Assembly (NCBI GenBank): GCA_016784545.1
Contig: JADHUM010000003.1
Span: 3,983 to 67,982, forward strand
DNA length: 64,000 nt
From: Fidelibacterota bacterium
Lineage (GTDB): Bacteria > Fidelibacterota > UBA8477 > JABMPR01
Direction of reading: 5' to 3'
Of the stretch, positions 1 through 8,907 are shown piece by piece (the first letter of the stretch is position 1; every line of letters begins with the position of its first letter). The position numbers and the translations under genes are program-made. Below the pieces are notes generated by a model that was not told the origin of the DNA, did not search any database, and saw only the letters and a list, made by a program, of their open reading frames with translations.

Positions 1-737
1 TCTATGAGGATGCCGAAACTGAGCAGGGGTGGTCTTTGGGAATTCCCAGTGACAATGCCACGGCAGGTATATGGATTCGCGATGAGCCAATTGGAACCTG
101 GGATGGACTTGACCCAGTTCAGCCTGACGAGGACCACTCCCCCACAGGCTCCATATGTTTTGTAACAGGGAATGCAGCATTCGACGGTACCAATACTGGT
201 GCTGGTGATGTGGATGGTGGACGAACGACCCTTGAGAGTCCAGTTTATCCCATCCCTCCAGGTATCTCTCCAGTGATCAGCTATTGGCGTTGGTATACCA
301 ATGATCATGGTGATACACCGGGTCAGGATAACTGGGAAGTTCAAATACGTGATCAGAACAATATCTGGGTTACCCTGGAGCAAACGACGCAATCGGATAA
401 TTCATGGAGCGAATACCAGTTCCTGGCCAAACACATATTTGAACAACCTAATCAGCTTCAGCTCAGATTTATTGCTGAAGATCTTCCTGGAGGTTCCGTT
501 GTAGAAGCTGCCGTCGATGACTTGCATATATTTTATACTGGCGAAGTCAGTTTTATACCCGGTGATGTCAATTTTGATACTCAGATCAACATACAGGACT
601 TGGTTCTAATCGTCGCCCATATCCTTGGCAATTCAACCCTACAGGGCAATGCAGCCTTTGCAGCTGACTTCAATCTTGATGCCACAGTAAATATTCAAGA
701 CGTGGTCACACTAGTTTCTGCCATATTGGGAGATTAA
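1..737 (+). CDS. Secreted protein, 3' part only (open to the window start). Beta-sandwich region followed by two C-terminal dockerin type-I-like repeats.
   Basis: The reading frame stays open back to position 3. Two tandem Ca-binding-like repeats (GDVNFDTQINIQDLVLIVAHILG and DFNLDATVNIQDVVTLVSAILGD) are typical of dockerin modules. Confidence 0.6.
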   Translation, partial: YEDAETEQGWSLGIPSDNATAGIWIRDEPIGTWDGLDPVQPDEDHSPTGSICFVTGNAAFDGTNTGAGDVDGGRTTLESPVYPIPPGISPVISYWRWYTNDHGDTPGQDNWEVQIRDQNNIWVTLEQTTQSDNSWSEYQFLAKHIFEQPNQLQLRFIAEDLPGGSVVEAAVDDLHIFYTGEVSFIPGDVNFDTQINIQDLVLIVAHILGNSTLQGNAAFAADFNLDATVNIQDVVTLVSAILGD

Positions 738-1095
738 ATAGAGTCTGTCTTTAATCGCTTCTCTCACAACGAAACAAATGAAATTCTCGAAGACATATAT
801 TGCTATTTCGTAATAGTCGTCCAACCTGTCTGTCGAAACCCATAGGGTGTAGACAGATTGGTAGTAAAAACTCTAATAGCAACGGTTTCAAACTACCCTT
901 ATAGACGGCACAACGCTCTCTCTATTCAGGCTGACAGAATAGATTCCTTTTGTCTGGTGAACTGATTTTAGCCTTTTAGGATTGAAAAGTGACTTTTAGA
1001 ATAGATTTTACATAAATCCGTGGCTAAAAATATCAAAATCGCCGCAGGTCTCGAGACAGCCTCTGTTTTCGGTCCACAAACACATCGACTTGTAA

Positions 1096-1161
1096 TTCAA
1101 TCTTGATGCCACAGTAAATATTCAGGATGTGGTAACTTTAGTGACAGCAATACTGAACTAG
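1096..1161 (+). pseudogene. Degenerate duplicate of the dockerin-protein C-terminal 22 codons.
   Basis: 30 nt are identical to 669-698, followed by mostly synonymous divergence. It translates to FNLDATVNIQDVVTLVTAILN* and is preceded by an in-frame TAA. Confidence 0.6.
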
Positions 1162-1176
1162 GTTTGCGTGCTCCGG

Positions 1177-2052
1177 TTATGAATGGGAATCAAAGAGGGT
1201 AAGCTGAGGCTCTTGATCCCGTTTGAAAAACTGCATTTCCGTTGGAATCTGATGTAGCTTGCAACGTTCATAGAATAAAGTATACAGGGCGTTTGCTTTG
1301 GGTGAATTACAACCATAACTATTCCCAAAATCCTTGATGTATTTATCCTTTAGCCCTGGAAATGATTTATCAATCTGTTGGTAGAAATAATCCCGTGAAC
1401 CTTCACGGAGTGTCACTCCCATATACGGTAAGATATATTGAGCATCTGCAGTTTTTGCCAGACCCACCAGCTCCTTTATATTCTTATGAGTGTCATTCAG
1501 ATACGGTAATATGGGCATCATTGTGATGCCTGTGTATATCCCAGCTTTTCTAAGAGCCGCCATAGCCTGGAAACGGAGAGATGGCGCAGGAGCGTGAGGC
1601 TCAATAATCTTGGCAAGATCATCATCGGCTGTGGTGATCGTAAATGTAACTGCACAGTAATTCTCTTGTAGATTGAGGAGCAAATCCAGGTCGCGTAGAA
1701 CCAGATCACTTTTGGTCATGATATGGACTGGAAACCGGTAATCTGAGATCACTTCAAGTGCTTTTCGGGTATGCTCTAGCTTTCGTTCAACAGGCATATA
1801 TGGATCATTCATGGAGCCAGTGCCAATGGTTCCCTTTAACCGTTTTGTACTGAGTTCCTTCTCCAAGAGTTTAATGGCATTCTCTTTAACATAGATTTTT
1901 GAGAGTTCATCCATACCATAACAGGTAGAGCGAGAATCACAATAAATGCAGCCATGTTGACAACCGCGATAAAGATTCATGTTGTAACTCAATCCAAAGA
2001 ATGAATCATCTTTAACACGAGACAGGATAGTTTTTGACTGAATGAATTCCAT
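1177..2052 (-). CDS. Radical SAM protein, SplB / DNA-repair-photolyase-like (COG1533 family).
   Basis: CxxxCxxC cluster (CQHGCIYC) near the N-terminus, and overall SplB-like architecture. Confidence 0.6.
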   Translation of the reverse strand: MEFIQSKTILSRVKDDSFFGLSYNMNLYRGCQHGCIYCDSRSTCYGMDELSKIYVKENAIKLLEKELSTKRLKGTIGTGSMNDPYMPVERKLEHTRKALEVISDYRFPVHIMTKSDLVLRDLDLLLNLQENYCAVTFTITTADDDLAKIIEPHAPAPSLRFQAMAALRKAGIYTGITMMPILPYLNDTHKNIKELVGLAKTADAQYILPYMGVTLREGSRDYFYQQIDKSFPGLKDKYIKDFGNSYGCNSPKANALYTLFYERCKLHQIPTEMQFFKRDQEPQLTLFDSHS

Positions 2053-2256
2053 GAGTTATCCATGAATATAAATGCTCTGGATTATACCCCTATCCTAAAA
2101 AAGCTAGCGAGGATCAAACAGAGTGGAAACTACCCCACAATTTGGCAGCAAACCTAATCGTTGGTTAGATACTTTTTTTGCCTGTAATTATTTAAAACAT
2201 TGACCTCAAACTCTAGGGCATTATTATTGCCTTATCTTTACCAAAGTGGAGTTGTA

Positions 2257-2601
2257 ATGCACGAAATGTCCATCGCCATGAATATCATCAGTATCGCCTG
2301 CAAAGAGGCTGACAAGGATGGTGCTAGTTCCATATCTAACATCGAACTTGATGTGGGGAAATTGTCCGGGGTCATGATTGATTCGCTTAATTTCTGCTAT
2401 GAATCTGTTTGCAAGGGCACGCTGGCGGAAAACTCTACTCTATCCATCAATGAGGTACCTGCCAGGGCAAGCTGCAAAAAGTGCAATCATGTATTCGAAA
2501 TTGATTCATTTATGGCTCTCTGTCCTCAGTGTGAGAGCTATGAAATTGACATACTCCAGGGCCGCGAGTTAAAACTTAGAGCTATTAGCGTAAATGAATA
2601 G
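2257..2601 (+). CDS. hypA: Hydrogenase nickel insertion protein HypA.
   Basis: Canonical MHEMSIA start with GGAG 6 nt upstream. C-terminal CxxC...CxxC zinc site (CKKC...CPQC). The ORF-track start at 2200 is an N-terminal over-extension. Confidence 0.85.
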   Translation: MHEMSIAMNIISIACKEADKDGASSISNIELDVGKLSGVMIDSLNFCYESVCKGTLAENSTLSINEVPARASCKKCNHVFEIDSFMALCPQCESYEIDILQGRELKLRAISVNE

Positions 2602-2755
2602 CACGGGAAAAACGACAAACAGATCTCGCCAAGACCGCGAAGATGCAGGGGCTGATAGAGTGGAAGTAACCGGCTTGAAACCCTTTTCTAACTCTGCGAC
2701 TCTGCGATCTCTGCGAGAGCATAAATAAATTTAATCTGAGTGAAAGGATATAGAT

Positions 2756-3538
2756 ATGTGTGATACCTGTGGATGTGGGGCTGATAGTACAACCTTTAGA
2801 AAACATGGTGAAGACCAGCACAGTCACGGAGATGGACATCACCATACTCATGACCATCACGACCATGATCATTCTCACGATCATTCCCATGATAGAACCA
2901 TTGCTGTAGAGCAGGATATTCTTGGTGAGAATAATTTATTAGCCCAGAGGAACCGTGGCTATTTCGAAGCAAAAAATATATTCGCAATTAATATGGTGAG
3001 TTCGCCTGGATCCGGTAAAACCACTCTCCTTGAAAAAACCTTAGCTACCTTAAAAGAAGAAATTCCCAGTGCTGTGATTGAGGGTGATCAACAAACCATG
3101 AATGATGCTGATCGCATTGCAAAAACGGGGGTACCTGTCTTGCAGATTAACACTGGAAATGGCTGCCATCTCGATGCCGAAATGATCCACACAGCTTATG
3201 GTGAGTTAAAGTTGCAGGACAATTCAGCCCTCTTCATTGAAAATGTGGGCAACCTGGTCTGTCCAGCTCTTTTCGATCTGGGTGAAGACAAGCGGGTCGT
3301 GGTTATCAGTGTGACGGAGGGTGACGATAAACCCCTGAAATACCCCACCATGTTCCATGCAGCTGATATCTGTATCATAAATAAAATTGATTTACTCCCG
3401 TATGTGCAATTTGATGTAGAGAAATGCAAGGAATACGCGCGTCAAGTAAACCACCATCTTGAATTCTTTGAAGTATCAGCCACCACTGGCGAAGGTATGG
3501 ATACCTGGTATGCCTGGCTGAAGGAAAACACGAAGTAG
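2756..3538 (+). CDS. hypB: Hydrogenase nickel incorporation GTPase HypB with a His-rich N-terminal tract.
   Basis: N-terminal CxxCGC motif, poly-His stretch (HSHGDGHHHTHDHHDHDHSHDHSHD), P-loop GSGKTT, and G-domain motifs. Confidence 0.9.
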   Translation: MCDTCGCGADSTTFRKHGEDQHSHGDGHHHTHDHHDHDHSHDHSHDRTIAVEQDILGENNLLAQRNRGYFEAKNIFAINMVSSPGSGKTTLLEKTLATLKEEIPSAVIEGDQQTMNDADRIAKTGVPVLQINTGNGCHLDAEMIHTAYGELKLQDNSALFIENVGNLVCPALFDLGEDKRVVVISVTEGDDKPLKYPTMFHAADICIINKIDLLPYVQFDVEKCKEYARQVNHHLEFFEVSATTGEGMDTWYAWLKENTK

Positions 3539-3680
3539 TCTCTGTGTATCTTGCCACGTTAGGCACAAACCCAACAGTCATTACGAGGAATGAAATGACG
3601 AAGCAATCTCGAAATTGAGATCGCTGTGTTCCCATTTATCTCTCGCAATGACAGCATCACATTTTTATCGCAACTATTAA

Positions 3681-5954
3681 ATGCCTGAACACTTAAAACA
3701 TAAGAGACGTCGACTGACAATCAACGGAATCGTTCAGGGGGTGGGATTCCGCCCCTTTATTTATTCCCTTGCCAGAGATATCGGGCTGGTTGGCTCAGTT
3801 TACAACACCTCTGATGGTGTCAAGGTTGATATCCAGGGAAATTCACAACAACTCAGGCAATTTGAATCCCGTTTACAGCCTGAAGCACCTCCTCTTTCAA
3901 CCATTATCTCTGTAGAAATAGAAGAAATTCCTGTTCTTGATGAAGCTGACTTCAACATTGTAGCTTCCCATGACAATGCGTCGGTTTCAACACTAATATC
4001 TCCAGATGTTGCCCTGTGTGATGATTGTAAGGCCGAGCTCTTTGATGATAAGAATCGTCGATACAGATATCCCTTCATCAACTGCACCAATTGTGGCCCA
4101 CGCTATACAATTATTGAAAATATTCCCTATGATCGCCCCTTCACTTCAATGAAGCATTTTCCACTTTGCGAGGTCTGTCATGCTGAATACCAGGACCCTC
4201 AGGACCGGCGTTTTCATGCCCAGCCCAACGCTTGTCCAGATTGTGGTCCGCAAGTGTGGCTCACAGATGGAATGGGTATGCGGATTGAATCCACGGATTC
4301 TGTCTCAAAAACCATAGCACTTCTGGTCGAAGGCAAAATTTTGGCCATAAAAGGTCTTGGTGGATTTCATCTGGCAGTCGATGCCAGTAATGCTAATGCA
4401 GTAAGTCAATTGCGTCTTGCCAAAGGTCGAGATGAAAAGCCTCTGGCGCTTATGGTAAGAGATATGAATACGGCCCATGAGCTCGTAAAACTGAATCAGG
4501 ATGAAACCAATACCTTACTCTCAATTCAGGCTCCTATCGTGCTGTGTACTTCGATTTCTAATGATAAAATTTCTCCTAACGTCGCACCAGGAAATGATCG
4601 ATTGGGTATCATGCTCCCCTATACACCTCTCCATCACATGCTCCTGTCTGGGAAACTGGATTCATTGGTCATGACCTCGGCCAATTTCAGTGAAGAACCA
4701 ATCTGTATCGATAATGACGAAGCGCTTGAGCGTCTATCTGGTCTGGCAGATTATTTCCTTCTGCATAATCGGGATATCTATTTACGTAGCGATGATTCAG
4801 TTGTCATGGAAATGGCTGGCAAGCTTCGTCCCATTCGTCGTAGCAGGGGGTATGCTCCCCGACCCATTTTTATGAAGAAGAAGGGTCCATCAATTCTGGC
4901 AGTTGGTGGTGAATTGAAAAACGTGGTTGGATTGTCAAAAGATGAAAAAGTCTTTTTAAGTCAACATATTGGTGATCTGGAAAATCTTGAAGCCTTTGAG
5001 TTTTTCAAAATGACCATCGAGCACATCCAGAGAATATTTGAAATTCAACCTGAGCTTATAGTACATGATCTGCATCCTGAATATCTCTCGACAAAATGGG
5101 CAAAGGATCAAAGCTTACCCCTGTTGGGTGTTCAGCATCATCATGCTCATCTGGCTGCCTGCATGGCTGAGAATGATCTGGAAGAACCGGTAATTGGTAT
5201 CATCATGGATGGAACCGGTTACGGCATGGATGGAACCCTCTGGGGTGGTGAATTCCTCGTAGGTGATGCTTCAGGATTTGAAAGGAAAGCACATTTTGAG
5301 CCCATGCCCCTCCCGGGTGGTGAAGCTGCCATCAGATCGCCCTGGCGTATAGGGCTAAGTTACCTCCATCAAGTATTTGGTGCCGATCTACCTGACATTC
5401 CTGCACTTATGGATCGTGATATTCAACCAATCATTCAAATGCTGAATGCAAACATCAATTCTCCCATGACCAGCAGTTGTGGACGTCTCTTTGATGCAGT
5501 CGCTGCTCTTTCGGGAGGACGGCAGGAAATTCGGTATGAAGCACAGGCTGCCATCGAATTTATGCAGGCGGCTGGAAATCGTCTGGGTTCAGACTATTCT
5601 GAGTTTGATTTTCAGCTGAGTGAAGGTGGGCAAACAATTTCAATCACCAATGTAATGCATGATCTGGTTCAAAAAATTCAGGCCGGAAAAGATTTAGAAG
5701 CCATCAGTCAATGGTTTCATTATTCCCTTGTCAAAACATTTACATCAATATCGGTTGAGCTCAGCAGAGAGACTGGTATCAAACAGCTCGTGTTAAGTGG
5801 CGGCGTTTTTCAGAATACTTTATTGTTCGAAGGACTCCAGACCGAGTTGAATAAGGTAGGTTTCGATGTGTTCACCCACAGTCAGGTACCGACAAATGAT
5901 GGTGGGATCGCTTTGGGGCAGGTAATTATTGGGCAGAAGTTTTTGAGTTTTTGA
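3681..5954 (+). CDS. hypF: Carbamoyltransferase HypF.
   Basis: Acylphosphatase domain (VQGVGFRP), two CxxC zinc-finger pairs (CTNCGPRYT, CPDCGP), a YrdC-like domain and a Kae1/HypF C-terminal domain. The stop codon lies inside an octamer repeat. Confidence 0.9.
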   Translation: MPEHLKHKRRRLTINGIVQGVGFRPFIYSLARDIGLVGSVYNTSDGVKVDIQGNSQQLRQFESRLQPEAPPLSTIISVEIEEIPVLDEADFNIVASHDNASVSTLISPDVALCDDCKAELFDDKNRRYRYPFINCTNCGPRYTIIENIPYDRPFTSMKHFPLCEVCHAEYQDPQDRRFHAQPNACPDCGPQVWLTDGMGMRIESTDSVSKTIALLVEGKILAIKGLGGFHLAVDASNANAVSQLRLAKGRDEKPLALMVRDMNTAHELVKLNQDETNTLLSIQAPIVLCTSISNDKISPNVAPGNDRLGIMLPYTPLHHMLLSGKLDSLVMTSANFSEEPICIDNDEALERLSGLADYFLLHNRDIYLRSDDSVVMEMAGKLRPIRRSRGYAPRPIFMKKKGPSILAVGGELKNVVGLSKDEKVFLSQHIGDLENLEAFEFFKMTIEHIQRIFEIQPELIVHDLHPEYLSTKWAKDQSLPLLGVQHHHAHLAACMAENDLEEPVIGIIMDGTGYGMDGTLWGGEFLVGDASGFERKAHFEPMPLPGGEAAIRSPWRIGLSYLHQVFGADLPDIPALMDRDIQPIIQMLNANINSPMTSSCGRLFDAVAALSGGRQEIRYEAQAAIEFMQAAGNRLGSDYSEFDFQLSEGGQTISITNVMHDLVQKIQAGKDLEAISQWFHYSLVKTFTSISVELSRETGIKQLVLSGGVFQNTLLFEGLQTELNKVGFDVFTHSQVPTNDGGIALGQVIIGQKFLSF

Positions 5955-5989
5955 GTTTTTGAGTTTTTGAGTTTTTGAGTTTTTGAGTT
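5938..5989. repeat. Tandem octamer repeat (AGTTTTTG/GAGTTTTT), about 6.5 copies, spanning the hypF stop codon.
   Basis: Direct reading: gaag(tttttgag)x6 tta. The hypF TGA sits in the second unit. Confidence 0.9.
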
Positions 5990-6026
5990 AAAATGTCCTG
6001 AACCCACCCAAAGTACAGGAGATAAT

Positions 6027-6395
6027 ATGAGTAAACTCAATAAATTTGAGGATATTTTGGCATGGAAAAAGGCACGGATACTTGTATCAAAATTATATAC
6101 TGTTTCAAATTCGGGTCATTTTAGGAGAGATTTTTCCATGAAAGATCAAACACGTCGGTGTGGAGTATCCATTATGGGGAATGTTGCTGAAGGATTCGGT
6201 CGGAGGTCCAAGAAGGAATTTGCTGACTTCTTGAATATTGCCCATGGGTCGGCCGCGGAACTTCAATCTCATTTATATATTGCCCTTGATTTGGGCTATA
6301 TTGAACCAGAAATTTTTAATGAACTTTATCTGGAATGTGAAGAAATATCAAAAATGATATTAGGCTTCCAAAACTATTTGAGAAAAAACATTTAG
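6027..6395 (+). CDS. Four-helix-bundle protein (23S rRNA intervening-sequence-protein family, TIGR02436-like).
   Basis: Size near 120 aa and a characteristic N-terminus (FEDLxAWKKA...). It is inserted between hypF and hypC. Confidence 0.6.
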   Translation: MSKLNKFEDILAWKKARILVSKLYTVSNSGHFRRDFSMKDQTRRCGVSIMGNVAEGFGRRSKKEFADFLNIAHGSAAELQSHLYIALDLGYIEPEIFNELYLECEEISKMILGFQNYLRKNI

Positions 6396-6453
6396 ATGGT
6401 ATGACCAACTCCCTTGCCCTTCCAGATAACTCAATTAACTCAGGAACCCTCAT

Positions 6454-6726
6454 ATGTGCCTAGCAATCCCCGGAAAACTACTTGAAATCTTTGACGAAAA
6501 TGGTCTTAAAATGGGCAATATTGATTTTGCAGGATCGGTGAGTAAGGCCTGTCTGGAGTACGTCCCTGAAATTGAAATAGGCCAGTATACCATCGTCCAT
6601 GCTGGATTTGCTCTTTCTGTACTCAATGAGGAGGAGGCTAAAAACTCATTTGATGCCTGGGATGATTTGATTGATCGTGCCAACGCTGAAGGAATTGAAA
6701 TGGAAAAGCTGGAGCGTCCAGATTGA
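6454..6726 (+). CDS. hypC: Hydrogenase maturation factor HypC.
   Basis: Invariant MCLAIP N-terminus; 90 aa. Confidence 0.9.
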   Translation: MCLAIPGKLLEIFDENGLKMGNIDFAGSVSKACLEYVPEIEIGQYTIVHAGFALSVLNEEEAKNSFDAWDDLIDRANAEGIEMEKLERPD

Positions 6727-7817
6727 AGTATCTTGACGAATTCCGCGATCCCGTTGTAGCCAAAAAGATACTCAAGGAGATTCATGCTGTTACCACCCAA
6801 CCCTGGGTGATCATGGAGATCTGTGGTGGTCAAACCCACTCAATCATCCGCAACGGAATTGATCAAGTTCTCCCCAAAGAGATTGAGCTCGTCCATGGAC
6901 CTGGTTGTCCCGTGTGTGTCACGCCTCTTGAGATTATTGATAGAGCCATTGAAATAGCAGGTAGGCCTGATGTAATATTTACCAGTTTTGGCGATATGCT
7001 TCGCGTTCCAGGCAGCCATAAAGATCTGTTTATGGTGAGATCTGAAGGTGGTGATGTTCGCACCGTGTTTTCCCCCCTGGAAAGCTTGAAAATCGCCCGC
7101 GAAAATCCAGATAAGGAGGTTGTTTTCTTTGCTGTTGGTTTTGAAACGACTGCCCCTGGCAACGCCATGGCTGTGGCACAAGCCGCCAAGGAAGGTTTGA
7201 CTAATTTCAGTGAACTGGTAAGCCATGTTCTGGTTCCACCCGCCATGGAAGCGCTGCTCTCCTCCCCCTTAAATCGGGTTCAAGGATATCTAGCGGCGGG
7301 ACATGTCTGCACTGTGATGGGTTGGGATGAATATGATCCTATTGCCAAAAAATATGAGGTACCCATCGTCATTACCGGCTTTGAGCCCATGGATGTGCTG
7401 GATGGCATTCTGCATACAGTCAAGCAACTTGAAGCAGGTACTCATATGGTTGAGAACAGGTATGCCCGCATTGTGGAGCAGGGTGGAAATCAACCCGCTC
7501 AAGCCCTGATAAAGGACGTATTTGAAATTGCCAATCGTAAATGGCGTGGTATCGGCGAAATTCCAGCCAGCGGGTTCAAAATTCGAGAAAAATATGCTGC
7601 TTTTGATGCAGAGCTGAAATTCTCAGTTGGTGATATTCATACAGAGGAACCAGAAGCCTGTATCAGCGGGGTTATCCTTCAGGGTTTGAAGAAACCTCAC
7701 GATTGCCCAGCCTTTGGGAAGGAATGCACACCTCAGAACCCTCTGGGTGCCACCATGGTTTCCAGTGAAGGTGCATGTGCGGCCTACTATAAATATCAAC
7801 GCATTCTGAGTAACTAA
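6723..7817 (+). CDS. hypD: Hydrogenase maturation factor HypD.
   Basis: CGGQTHS, GPGCPVC, GFETT and C-terminal CPxFGxxCTP motifs. 4-nt start overlap with the hypC stop. Confidence 0.9.
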   Translation: MKYLDEFRDPVVAKKILKEIHAVTTQPWVIMEICGGQTHSIIRNGIDQVLPKEIELVHGPGCPVCVTPLEIIDRAIEIAGRPDVIFTSFGDMLRVPGSHKDLFMVRSEGGDVRTVFSPLESLKIARENPDKEVVFFAVGFETTAPGNAMAVAQAAKEGLTNFSELVSHVLVPPAMEALLSSPLNRVQGYLAAGHVCTVMGWDEYDPIAKKYEVPIVITGFEPMDVLDGILHTVKQLEAGTHMVENRYARIVEQGGNQPAQALIKDVFEIANRKWRGIGEIPASGFKIREKYAAFDAELKFSVGDIHTEEPEACISGVILQGLKKPHDCPAFGKECTPQNPLGATMVSSEGACAAYYKYQRILSN

Positions 7818-7832
7818 TAATCTCTGAAAGAA

Positions 7833-8894
7833 GTGAGTCAAACTATGGATTTTCCTGAAGCCTTATCCTGTCCTGTTCCCATCCTCAGTCATGACACAGT
7901 TCAACTGGCCCATGGTGCTGGAGGAAAACTCTCCAATGAGATGATTGACAAAATCTTCCTGCCCCGCTTCACCAACAGCACTTTAGATAAAATGGAAGAT
8001 CAGGCAGTCCTTGAGAATCCAGGTGGACGGATTGCTTTTAGTACCGATACTTTTGTGGTTGATCCCATCTTTTTTCCCGGAGGAGATATAGGTGATCTGG
8101 CCATTAACGGCACCGTGAATGACATCGCCATGAGTGGTGCCATTCCCAGATACCTGAGTGTCGGCTTTATTCTGGAAGAGGGACTTCCCTTTGAAACGCT
8201 ACACCGAATTGTCCTTTCCATGGAGAAGGCAGCTAAACTTGCTGGTGTCCAAATTGTTGCCGGTGATACCAAGGTTGTAAACCGGGGCAGTTGCGATAAA
8301 CTGTTTATCAATACCAGCGGATTCGGCTTTGTACCTGATGATGTCAATATTTCAGCTTCAAATCTTGAAGTTGGGGATAAAATCATCTTGTCGGGGACGC
8401 TGGCAGATCATGGAATGGCTGTCATGACCACTCGTGAGGGATTATCCTTTCAGTCAACTGTGGAAAGTGATACAGCCGGATTAAATCATCTTGTCCAGGA
8501 TATGCTCGCTGTAAGCACCAATATTCATGCTTTGAGGGATCCAACGCGTGGTGGTCTGGCCACAACGCTTAATGAATTTGCTGCATCTTCTACTGTAGGA
8601 ATTCAACTCTATGGGGATACCATTCCTGTAAAAGAGAATGTCCGCGGTGCCTGTGAGATATTGGGAATTGATCCACTTTACGTAGCCAACGAAGGTAAGT
8701 TGGTAGCCATTGTGCCGCCAGATGTCGCAGATGAAATGCTGAATGCTATGCATGGCAATGAACACGGAAAGTCAGCAACTATTATTGGTGAAGTTACAGA
8801 CAAGCATCCTGGAATAGTGGCTATACAGACAGGATTAGGAGCCAATCGAATTGTGGATATGCCCGTAGGAGAACAGCTTCCGCGTATCTGCTAG
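7833..8894 (+). CDS. hypE: Hydrogenase maturation carbamoyl dehydratase HypE.
   Basis: AIR-synthase-related PurM-like fold signature, with the C-terminal sequence ending in PRIC. Confidence 0.85.
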   Translation: MSQTMDFPEALSCPVPILSHDTVQLAHGAGGKLSNEMIDKIFLPRFTNSTLDKMEDQAVLENPGGRIAFSTDTFVVDPIFFPGGDIGDLAINGTVNDIAMSGAIPRYLSVGFILEEGLPFETLHRIVLSMEKAAKLAGVQIVAGDTKVVNRGSCDKLFINTSGFGFVPDDVNISASNLEVGDKIILSGTLADHGMAVMTTREGLSFQSTVESDTAGLNHLVQDMLAVSTNIHALRDPTRGGLATTLNEFAASSTVGIQLYGDTIPVKENVRGACEILGIDPLYVANEGKLVAIVPPDVADEMLNAMHGNEHGKSATIIGEVTDKHPGIVAIQTGLGANRIVDMPVGEQLPRIC

Positions 8895-8907
8895 CTAAAA
8901 GCGCATA

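Noticed and set aside
301-504. Numerous 60-130 aa ORFs nested within or antisense to large, well-supported genes (for example 301-504, 1518-1709, 6840-7246, 13078-13347, 26509-26940, 56548-57466).
   Set aside because: No RBS and no domain signature. Each lies fully inside a gene whose own frame has strong family motifs, so these are chance open frames.
2200-2256. Longer HypA (133 aa) and similar N-terminal extensions of ligA, tlpA, fadN, the CoADR gene, birA, the GH13 gene and tetR suggested by the ORF track.
   Set aside because: Canonical family N-termini (MHEMSIA and others) with a good RBS lie internally. Some extended starts would run through terminators or operators, or are non-ATG codons.
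2585-2987. Antisense ORFs (101 aa and 63 aa) rich in His/Met/Val, opposite hypB.
   Set aside because: They are the reverse complement of the hypB poly-His/Asp codon run (CAC/GAC repeats). They are an artefact of low-complexity coding sequence on the other strand.
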